IMG/VR virus record: IMGVR_UViG_3300023181_000006
Coordinates: 1 to 58,873 of that record
Length of the DNA: 58,873 bases
Strand: one strand, 5' to 3'
From: a virus
In this document: piece after piece, positions 7,506 through 14,178 of the stretch
Position numbering within the stretch: the first letter of the stretch is position 1
Layout of the letters: each line of letters starts with the position of its first letter
Position numbers and translations under genes: made by a program
The notes under the pieces: model-generated
Databases searched by the model: none
Told to the model about the DNA's origin: nothing
What the model saw: the letters and a program-made list of their open reading frames with translations, nothing else

Positions 7506-9098
7506 ATGATTTCGGATCAACATCAACACGGCATCGAGTACAACAATTTTGTCCAGAACATCAGCGATCGTTTCAACACGCTGACCGGCCCAATCTTCGA
7601 AACCGATGCTAGTGGCTTGTATGAGGCGTATCTGGCTGGATTCCCGGAAGGGGCAGAGCGCCAGTATCATACCTGCTCGTGCTGCAAATCCTTCATCGAT
7701 CACTTCGGCGGCCTAGCTTACGTCGGAGCGGATGGTCATGTGCTGTCCGCTATTTGGGAACTGGCTGAAGCGCCTTCCCAATATAAAGATGCGGTCGGCC
7801 GCATGCAGCGCCTCGTACAGCGCGCCAAGCTGACCAAGCCGTTTTTGTCCACCGCCCGCCAGTATGGTGAGTTCGCCAGCGGTGAGAGAAAGGATGGCTC
7901 CGGCCTTTGGAACCATTTCGCCGTGGTGCCGGCCGAGGCGCGAATCTATCGTGGTCCGGTCACCGTGTCGGCATTTGCTGCGGCTTCGCTCAAGCGCGAA
8001 GAGTTCGGCAGCGTTTGCCATGCGTTGGCTGAGTACAACAAGGAGACTTGCGATATGGCGCTGAAGCTGCTGAAGGACGACCAACTGGGCAACAGCGTCG
8101 CCGCGCTCGGCCAAGCACAATTCATGGTAGACCTGCATGCGATCAAAGCTACCAGCACCGGAGCCAACCTGCGCAGCAACCTGATCTATCGTGCGGTCGC
8201 CGCAGCGCCGTCAGGCTTGTGCCACCCGCGCGCCAGCATGATTGCCACCCTGCTTGATGATATCGCTGACGGCAAGACATTCGAGCAGGCGCAAACTCGC
8301 TGGAACGCCAAGATGCACCCGTTGGCCTATCAACGCCCACAAGCTGCCCCTACCGCCGGCGCGATAGCTCAAGCCGAAAAGATGTTCGCCGCGATGGGCT
8401 TGGCGCCGGCGCTGGAACGTCGCGTGGCCCTGTTCGAGGAAGTCCCGAAACTATGGAAACCGAAACAACCCGTTGCGTCTAAACCTGCCGGTGTATTTGG
8501 CCACCTACAGCCGAAGTCCAGCGCCGCTGCGCCAAGCATGACTGCGCCTCCGATCAGCATTACGCTGGAAAAATTCGTGCGTACAGTTGTGACAGATGCG
8601 GAAAAGATCGAAGTGCAACTTGGCAATACCGCCCACTTCATCACGATCACCGCCGCCGTCAACTCGGATGCTCCAAAGTTGTTCCAGTGGGACCATTCTT
8701 TCGCCTGGTACGTATGGCACGGTGGCGCCACGCCAGCGCAATATGGGCTGCAAATCGGCTGGTCGGAAGTAGCTGGTATCACGCGGTTGCCGGCGCGCTG
8801 GGGTGATGAGGCTGAGCAGAAGTTCCAGCATCAGGGCGACGGGCTGGTTCTGCTGGTGGATGGCGCGCGTGAAACCCGATCCGCCAGTGCTGGCCTGTTC
8901 CCGTCTATCCTGCGGTCGGAACTTCGCGAAGTTCGCAGCGTAATGGAAAGCTACTCGAACAAAGCGAAGATGACCGGCCTGTCCGAAGGATCTGCCATCG
9001 GCATCGATCTGCGCCAAGGCGGCAACTCCTTCCCTACTATGGTACGCGTAAGTGGCGCCGGCCAATCCCAAGTGTACAAAATCGATCGCTGGGACTGA
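7506..9098 (+). CDS. large hypothetical protein (530 aa) with an N-terminal H-x-C-x-CC cysteine cluster
   Basis: AAGGA SD. The motif YHTCSCCKSFIDHFGG is present. I could not assign a family. Confidence 0.75.
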   Translation: MISDQHQHGIEYNNFVQNISDRFNTLTGPIFETDASGLYEAYLAGFPEGAERQYHTCSCCKSFIDHFGGLAYVGADGHVLSAIWELAEAPSQYKDAVGRMQRLVQRAKLTKPFLSTARQYGEFASGERKDGSGLWNHFAVVPAEARIYRGPVTVSAFAAASLKREEFGSVCHALAEYNKETCDMALKLLKDDQLGNSVAALGQAQFMVDLHAIKATSTGANLRSNLIYRAVAAAPSGLCHPRASMIATLLDDIADGKTFEQAQTRWNAKMHPLAYQRPQAAPTAGAIAQAEKMFAAMGLAPALERRVALFEEVPKLWKPKQPVASKPAGVFGHLQPKSSAAAPSMTAPPISITLEKFVRTVVTDAEKIEVQLGNTAHFITITAAVNSDAPKLFQWDHSFAWYVWHGGATPAQYGLQIGWSEVAGITRLPARWGDEAEQKFQHQGDGLVLLVDGARETRSASAGLFPSILRSELREVRSVMESYSNKAKMTGLSEGSAIGIDLRQGGNSFPTMVRVSGAGQSQVYKIDRWD

Positions 9099-9101
9099 GC
9101 C

Positions 9102-9425
9102 ATGAACATTGCCCAAATCAAGCGCGACCTAGACTCCGGCGTGATGGTCTGCTCTGCTACTTGGCGCGAGCTGGTGGAGTGGGCGGTGAAGATGGAGGCT
9201 ATTCCGGGTTGCGTCCCAATTGAAACGTGGCAGGAGCGCATGGGTAAGAGTGGCAAGCGGGAATGTGCCGACTTAGCTGTTGAACTAGCTCAGGCTGAAA
9301 TCGATGATCTTCGTTCCGCGCTCACAGTTGCAGAGCATCGTGCTTGGTGCGCCGAGGTCAACGAAGACGGCGCGCGTGAGCACTTAGCTGAATTGCTTGC
9401 CGCTGCCGGCAAAAAGGAGGAGTGA
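9102..9425 (+). CDS. hypothetical protein (107 aa)
   Basis: ORF starts 4 nt after the upstream stop and has an ATGA-type overlap downstream. Confidence 0.55.
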   Translation: MNIAQIKRDLDSGVMVCSATWRELVEWAVKMEAIPGCVPIETWQERMGKSGKRECADLAVELAQAEIDDLRSALTVAEHRAWCAEVNEDGAREHLAELLAAAGKKEE

Positions 9426-9811
9426 TGCTTACCGTTATAGGAACAGATGCAAACAGCATGGGTGCCACCATTATGGACGGGAATAAGGCAGTGGCCTTGT
9501 GCCGTCCTCTGCAGATATTTACAAGCAAGGATGGTAGCTTAATATCGCATCAGGTCAGTGCAGAGGATGCACTGAAAAATGCGCACCGCCTCGCTGCTTG
9601 CTGGAACGCATGCGAAGGATTGACGCAAGATCACTTTGACGGAGGATGGAAAGCCAAGGAATTAAGCGCTTACGCAAAAAAGAAAGAGGTTGAACTTGAT
9701 GCCGCCCGATTGTTGCTCCAAGAGATAGCTAAGATCCTTCAGGAATGCGACGGCGGCGGTATATTTGATTCTGAAAAACATCGTATCCGCGAATTCTTGG
9801 AGAGAAAATGA
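9422..9811 (+). CDS. hypothetical protein (129 aa)
   Basis: Coupled ORF. The segment NAHRLAACWNACEGL resembles Ead/Ea22-type C-terminal segments. Confidence 0.55.
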   Translation: MMLTVIGTDANSMGATIMDGNKAVALCRPLQIFTSKDGSLISHQVSAEDALKNAHRLAACWNACEGLTQDHFDGGWKAKELSAYAKKKEVELDAARLLLQEIAKILQECDGGGIFDSEKHRIREFLERK

Positions 9812-10047
9812 CGCCGCGCCCAGGCTGCTATAACACGCCTCGCGACTTCACCGGCAAGTACACAGCACAAGCCGGATGGTCGCCAACATACGAGGATCGC
9901 GGCGTACCTGTTCGCGTGCCGGTCTACGTTGAGGTGACGAGCCGCTTTGAGCTGGGCTGCAAGTACGACAAGGCGGCAGAGGATGCGTCTTGCGCTGGGT
10001 GCTGTAACCAAAGTAGCACTAATAATTTCGAAGAAGAGGAAGCGTGA
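9808..10047 (+). CDS. hypothetical protein (79 aa)
   Basis: ATGA-coupled ORF. Confidence 0.5.
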   Translation: MTPRPGCYNTPRDFTGKYTAQAGWSPTYEDRGVPVRVPVYVEVTSRFELGCKYDKAAEDASCAGCCNQSSTNNFEEEEA

Positions 10048-10568
10048 TGAATAATCCTGAAATCTTAATGCTGCCTGCGCGAGTGGGAATGCAATCATGT
10101 GTAGGCATCAATACCGATAGCCCATTCCCGCTACCGTTCGGCAATTACTTCGCACTGAGCGACGGTACGCGTATCCTCAATTTCTGGTCGGAGAATCTTC
10201 AGATGGCATGCCGTCGTTTTCTGGATGACGGTAAGGTCAAGGTCTACGTCTGGTCATGGGATAGCGATTATGGAAAACTTCGTTCCGGCCTTATTTGGGA
10301 TGATCGCATACCGTCCGACTGGTACCACAACGCAATGTGCTTCACCGGCTTCGGGCGTCCGCCTGTTGAAGTCGCGACCGAGATGTATGCACTGGTCGGC
10401 GACCCGGGCGACGAGATGGAATACTGGCGTGATGTCGAGATGTATCACGCTAAGAAAAACCAGCGTTATCGCGCTAATGGCGTTGTGTCTTGTAACTGCA
10501 GCGAAAGTGCAGAAAAGGCGGTCGCCGAACTTCTGGAGCGTCGCGCCAAAGAAAAATCCCCGGCCTAA
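10044..10568 (+). CDS. hypothetical protein (174 aa), last gene of the rightward operon
   Basis: Coupled ORF followed by a hairpin. Confidence 0.6.
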   Translation: MMNNPEILMLPARVGMQSCVGINTDSPFPLPFGNYFALSDGTRILNFWSENLQMACRRFLDDGKVKVYVWSWDSDYGKLRSGLIWDDRIPSDWYHNAMCFTGFGRPPVEVATEMYALVGDPGDEMEYWRDVEMYHAKKNQRYRANGVVSCNCSESAEKAVAELLERRAKEKSPA

Positions 10569-10580
10569 GCCAGGGATTTT
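10553..10580. terminator. Candidate bidirectional terminator between the convergent operons
   Basis: AAAATCCC (10553..10560) pairs with GGGATTTT (10573..10580), flanked by A- and T-runs on either strand. It overlaps the stop codon of 10044..10568. Confidence 0.45.
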
Positions 10581-10698
10581 AGTTGGGCAAGATATCAGGC
10601 TATCTTTCGATTGAGGGTTTCAACCTCGCGGAGCTTGCACCGTACTGACAATGTCAGCCATGATGGCGCTGGTGACCTTCTTGCCTAGGCAGTATAGC

Positions 10699-10953
10699 CT
10701 ACTTCGGCCACGCGTCCACTGTCTTGCGGTGACGGATGGCACAGTCAATATAACGAGGTATCAGGATGTCCTGCACCCAGTCTTGCAATACATCGTAATC
10801 GTCGGTCGTCGGCGTCTCGCCGATCAGTGAGCAGTCATTTGCGAGGAACTGATCCAGAGATGGCGCGGTCAGCTTCGGCGGCGCTTTCGGCAAGGTTTCG
10901 CAGCCGGATAGGACCAGGACGGCAATCGTCAGGCAGCTTAGGAGGTGGCGCAT
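10699..10953 (-). CDS. Rz1: o-spanin (Rz1-like outer-membrane lipoprotein), overlapped architecture
   Basis: 84 aa. Lipobox LSGC with Cys18 and a Pro-rich mature part. It starts inside the i-spanin gene, out of frame, and extends past its stop. Confidence 0.8.
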   Translation of the reverse strand: MRHLLSCLTIAVLVLSGCETLPKAPPKLTAPSLDQFLANDCSLIGETPTTDDYDVLQDWVQDILIPRYIDCAIRHRKTVDAWPK

Positions 10954-11239
10954 TTTTCTGTCCTTTTCGGATGGCGGCGAGCTGGGCTAAGGCGGATGTC
11001 ATATCGGTCTGCGCGCCGAGAGCGGCGGCAGCGATCACTTCGGCAGCGGTCTTGTAGTCAGACAGCGCCACTTGCGATGCCTGCGATATCGCGTTCGCCT
11101 CGTCGCTCTTCGTTTCGGCTGCGGCGATTTTCAGATCAGCGATGGTGTCGGCGTACCACAGCTTGGCACCGAAGCCGCCAGCGGAAAGGCCGACTACCAG
11201 CGCGCCGACAGCAATCGGCCAAGTTGGGATTAGGCTCAT
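10835..11239 (-). CDS. Rz: i-spanin (Rz-like)
   Basis: 134 aa. N-terminal TM WPIAVGALVVGLSAGGF, a coiled-coil-like periplasmic part, and its position after the endolysin. Confidence 0.75.
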   Translation of the reverse strand: MSLIPTWPIAVGALVVGLSAGGFGAKLWYADTIADLKIAAAETKSDEANAISQASQVALSDYKTAAEVIAAAALGAQTDMTSALAQLAAIRKGQKNAPPPKLPDDCRPGPIRLRNLAESAAEADRAISGSVPRK

Positions 11240-11592
11240 GGCTTCGTTACCTCGGTGGTTTGCTGCGTCAATGTGCTGGTGGAAATGATGCCCGGCATGT
11301 CCGCTTTGTTGAACACAATTTTAGCCACAAGCGGGCCAACCCAAGCCGCCAGCCATAGGCCGAACATGGCGTCCGTTAGCTTGTCGCGCCACGCCATGAG
11401 CACGATCACCCAAGTGGATACCAGTAGCACTAGCATGTAGGAGAAGGCGATCTTGCTCACTCGCCCGTTCTCCATGACCAAGTCGAATGCATTGAACTGC
11501 TGCAGAGCATTGCGGTGCGCGCGCCAAAGCGTCAGGATGATAAGCAGACCGAAGCCGGCCAGTACCGCCAGCATCCATTCGCGCGGAGTCAT
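11236..11592 (-). CDS. membrane protein of the lysis cassette (about 3 TM; holin or antiholin candidate)
   Basis: 118 aa. ATGA-coupled between the endolysin and the i-spanin. Hydrophobic segments include LAVLAGFGLLIILTL, FSYMLVLLVSTWVIVLMAW and FGLWLAAWVGPLVAKIV. Confidence 0.6.
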   Translation of the reverse strand: MTPREWMLAVLAGFGLLIILTLWRAHRNALQQFNAFDLVMENGRVSKIAFSYMLVLLVSTWVIVLMAWRDKLTDAMFGLWLAAWVGPLVAKIVFNKADMPGIISTSTLTQQTTEVTKP

Positions 11593-12050
11593 CCTTGCAC
11601 CATACGGTCAGCCAAGCGGCGCGCACGCTTCGGCGAATCGTGACGCGCCCAATCGGAATCCAGTAAGTGCAGGCGTGCATTCACGTACTCGCCGGCGCGG
11701 ATAGCTGCCAGCGCTTTCTTGAAGCCGAGAAGGCCGGATACACCAAGCTGGAAAGCCATGTTAGCCAGCACGCGCTGACGGTTGTCCGACAGGGTTCGCC
11801 ACCACGGCAAGCGGCGATCAAGCTCAGCCGCCTTCTCTTTGATGTCCATCAGCAGCAGCGCCTCGGATTGGGCTTCGGTGATCTTGCCTCCGTTGCGAAG
11901 GTCAATGCCGAACGGGGAAGGATTGGCACCTCGCTTCGGGTCAATCAGGTGGCCTACGCCGATGGTTAGATAGCCCTTGGTGTCAAGGTATGACGTCAGC
12001 TTCTCGCCTTCGTCGTTGCGCAGTTCTTCGGCTAAGAGGTGGTCGTTCAT
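11589..12050 (-). CDS. endolysin, T4-lysozyme-like muramidase (GH24)
   Basis: 153 aa. NDEGEKLTSYLDTKGYLTIGVGHLI matches the T4 lysozyme E-D-T catalytic region (DEG..L..Y.DT.GY.TIG.GHL). Confidence 0.9.
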   Translation of the reverse strand: MNDHLLAEELRNDEGEKLTSYLDTKGYLTIGVGHLIDPKRGANPSPFGIDLRNGGKITEAQSEALLLMDIKEKAAELDRRLPWWRTLSDNRQRVLANMAFQLGVSGLLGFKKALAAIRAGEYVNARLHLLDSDWARHDSPKRARRLADRMVQG

Positions 12051-12118
12051 CTCATTCCTTCAGGCTCTCGCCGACGCTGAGTACGAAGAGGATGCGATTT
12101 GCTGCAAGCTGGCCGAGG

Positions 12119-12214
12119 TCATTTAACAATTCCTGGGAAGTACAGACTGGCTAACGCCATAAGGATAGGATAGCGATCAGCCATACGGTGAAACCACTTT
12201 GCGAAGAGTTTCAT
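12119..12214 (-). CDS. possible 31-aa ORF between the holin-like gene and the endolysin
   Basis: Read by eye: MKLFAKWFHRMADRYPILMALASLYFPGIVK. It has an ATGA overlap with the upstream stop. There is no other support. Confidence 0.25.
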   Translation of the reverse strand: MKLFAKWFHRMADRYPILMALASLYFPGIVK

Positions 12215-12480
12215 TTTAAGTCCTCCGGCTCAGGCGCATCAGCCTTCCAGGCTTTCCACACGCGAATCAGTTTGATAAGCTGGATGCCCAGCACGACGGC
12301 ACCAGTCAGCATGCCGATGCCGAGGCTCATGGTACCGATGACGCTTTGGACCATATCGAGTTTCAGCGCCCCGCCGGCGGCGGCTGTTCCTGCCGCAAAT
12401 GCTGTCGCGACCTTTGGATTACTGGCTGCCGAGTCGATTGCCTGGACTACGCCGTGCCATACGGTATTTGGTTCGTTCAT
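12211..12480 (-). CDS. holin-like membrane protein (89 aa)
   Basis: Two hydrophobic segments (VATAFAAGTAAAGGAL and VIGTMSLGIGMLTGAVVLGIQLIKLI) and a charged C-terminal tail. It lies upstream of the endolysin. Confidence 0.65.
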   Translation of the reverse strand: MNEPNTVWHGVVQAIDSAASNPKVATAFAAGTAAAGGALKLDMVQSVIGTMSLGIGMLTGAVVLGIQLIKLIRVWKAWKADAPEPEDLK

Positions 12481-12598
12481 AGACTTTTCGCTCTAAGATA
12501 ATTCGGGCGCCCGCTACGACCAAGACGGCGATCCAGATCGAAAACCAAATAGTCAGCGCCATGGTGGTCCACCAATAAAATTCTGCCAAATTGCACAT
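12419..12598 (-). CDS. candidate out-of-frame embedded single-TM ORF (59 aa) spanning the junction of two lysis-cassette genes
   Basis: ATG 12598 has GGAG 8 nt upstream. Translation is MCNLAEFYWWTTMALTIWFSIWIAVLVVAGARIILERKVYERTKYRMARRSP... By hand count, more codons end in G/C in this frame than in the annotated frame over 12480..12598. Confidence 0.35.
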   Translation of the reverse strand: MCNLAEFYWWTTMALTIWFSIWIAVLVVAGARIILERKVYERTKYRMARRSPGNRLGSQ

Positions 12599-12899
12599 AC
12601 GCAAGACTCCACATAAATGTGTTGTAGAAGTCAGGCGAGGCATAGGCCCGGTAGGCTAAAAAGCCAGGGAGATTTGCAAAACAAGACACCAGACACAGGA
12701 TTTGTGTGTCGGTGCATAAGCGGCCGGCTAAGAAGCGCGGCACGCTGTACAGCAAAATGAAGTCAACTGCAGCGGCGCTCCCGTGGAATATAGCCATCCC
12801 CTCATCGGTGTTAGGCAATGATGCCGTCGCCAATGAGTGCCCAGCCATAGCGCTCGCTATGACAATGACAAGGAAAATACGGGAGCGCCAGCCGTTCAT
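12477..12899 (-). CDS. multi-TM membrane protein of the lysis cassette (140 aa)
   Basis: At least 4 hydrophobic segments. ATGA coupling to the holin-like gene. The last ~35 codons look non-membrane and codon-poor. Confidence 0.55.
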   Translation of the reverse strand: MNGWRSRIFLVIVIASAMAGHSLATASLPNTDEGMAIFHGSAAAVDFILLYSVPRFLAGRLCTDTQILCLVSCFANLPGFLAYRAYASPDFYNTFMWSLAYVQFGRILLVDHHGADYLVFDLDRRLGRSGRPNYLRAKSL

Positions 12900-12985
12900 T
12901 TGTTCTTTGGCTTTGTGTCGGTGGGCTTTGGTGGCTTCTGTTTGCCGCCGCCGGCGCCGGTTGCCATTTGTGGATTCTTGTTCAT
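12896..12985 (-). CDS. possible 29-aa basic Pro/Lys-rich ORF
   Basis: Read by eye: MNKNPQMATGAGGGKQKPPKPTDTKPKNK. AAGGAA SD is present, with an ATGA overlap with the downstream start. Confidence 0.3.
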   Translation of the reverse strand: MNKNPQMATGAGGGKQKPPKPTDTKPKNK

Positions 12986-13072
12986 GTCAATTCCTTTTTG
13001 TGAAGTGTTGTTGAGTATCGCCATTTTACCAGCGTACCGTCTGTAAATTACCTACGGTACATATTTCATGCC

Positions 13073-13078
13073 TATAAT
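13073..13078 (+). promoter_or_regulatory. Consensus -10 box (TATAAT) placed so that transcription would start at or next to ATG 13085
   Basis: TATAAT at 13073..13078, 6 nt upstream of the A of the ATG. The -35 is weak. Confidence 0.35.
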
Positions 13079-13084
13079 TTATGC

Positions 13085-13258
13085 ATGGGAACCATTATCT
13101 TTTGGGGCGCATGGCTGGCGGTTGTTGCCTTCTACGCCCTCACCACTCGCAAGCAGCGCAAGCTGTGGGAATCGCTGCTCTGGATTTGGGCCGGCGTCTT
13201 CATCGTGACCGCCGAAGTGCTCAACTTCCTAGAGCAGGGATACCTCACCCTTGTTTAG
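13085..13258 (+). CDS. small 2-TM membrane protein (57 aa) on the opposite strand to all neighbours (moron-like)
   Basis: Read by eye: MGTIIFWGAWLAVVAFYALTTRKQRKLWESLLWIWAGVFIVTAEVLNFLEQGYLTLV. Most codons end in G/C. The stop abuts the HNH gene's stop. Confidence 0.55.
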   Translation: MGTIIFWGAWLAVVAFYALTTRKQRKLWESLLWIWAGVFIVTAEVLNFLEQGYLTLV

Positions 13259-14110
13259 CTAGATCAACCTTCCGTTCTCCTGCGCGAACACATGCGGCAA
13301 CTTGGCTGACTTCCTGTGATTGCATGGCGGACAAAGCAAGTCGATGTTCTCCTTCGTGTTGTTGCCACCCTTCGCCACAGGTATCCGGTGGTCGATGTGA
13401 TATTTCCCGTTCAACTTCTTCGTGCACGCCGCGCAGCACCCGCGCTGCAACTCATAGATCCGCTCGATGTCCTGGCGCGTGTAGTTATCGCCGCCGGCCG
13501 CTTCCAGGCGAATGCGTCGGCGATGGGCCTTGACCCTGCCAAGCAGCCGGACCTTGTCAGGATTGGCTCGCTCGTAGCTGCGCACATTGGCGATTACGCG
13601 ATCACGGTTCTCTTGATAGTACTGAGCTCTTTGTTGAAGGATTTTATCCCTATTCAACTTGTACCATTCGGAATGCCATACACGATTATTCTCGATAGCT
13701 TCCGGCGTCCACTCTCTGGAATTGCGGCGTGCATTGATGGCCTTATTATGGCGATCCCAATATTCCCGGTTCAACTGGCGCTTTCGTTCTCGTTGTTCCG
13801 GCGTCATAGTTTGGTACTTTTCTATGCGTTTCGTACGTAATTCGTCTTTGTGTTTTTCCTTGTATGCCTTGAACGATGCCGCATCTTTTGCTTTCGTCTC
13901 GGGCTTTGCTCGATATTCCTTCTTCCTGGCTGCAACGGCTTCCTTATTGGAAGCTACATATGCCTTACTTCTGATACATGCACATGATTTGCAGTGGTAG
14001 TTAAGCTTGTCCTTACTGTACTTGTGGATACCGAATTCAGAGAATTGCTTGTACTGCTTGCAGTCTCGGCAGACTTTTCCAGTGGTAGAATCGTGATCGC
14101 TCATGATCAA
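13259..14110 (-). CDS. HNH homing-type endonuclease
   Basis: 283 aa. N-terminal CRDCKQ...CKSC zinc ribbon. C-terminal CCAACTKKLNGKYHIDHRIPVAKGGNNTKENIDLLCPPCNHRK is an HNH motif. The gene is AT-richer than its flanks. Confidence 0.9.
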   Translation of the reverse strand: MIMSDHDSTTGKVCRDCKQYKQFSEFGIHKYSKDKLNYHCKSCACIRSKAYVASNKEAVAARKKEYRAKPETKAKDAASFKAYKEKHKDELRTKRIEKYQTMTPEQRERKRQLNREYWDRHNKAINARRNSREWTPEAIENNRVWHSEWYKLNRDKILQQRAQYYQENRDRVIANVRSYERANPDKVRLLGRVKAHRRRIRLEAAGGDNYTRQDIERIYELQRGCCAACTKKLNGKYHIDHRIPVAKGGNNTKENIDLLCPPCNHRKSAKLPHVFAQENGRLI

Positions 14111-14178
14111 CTCCGTATAGTTGATTGATGGGAAGTGTCGCCGGTGCGTTCGAAGCGCACCGGTGATGCGTCATTTTA

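Noticed and set aside
10620-10650. CTGACA-A-TGTCAG palindrome between the convergent operons
   Set aside because: The loop is too small for a stable hairpin and there is no U-tract. It is probably incidental. The AAAATCCC/GGGATTTT hairpin nearby is the better terminator candidate.
13081-13533. 150-aa + strand ORF from the ORF track starting at ATG 13081
   Set aside because: The translation is Arg/Cys/Ser-rich and runs antisense through the HNH gene. The adjacent frame (ATG 13085) gives a compact two-TM protein with strong G/C third-position bias and stops exactly at the HNH stop, so it is preferred.
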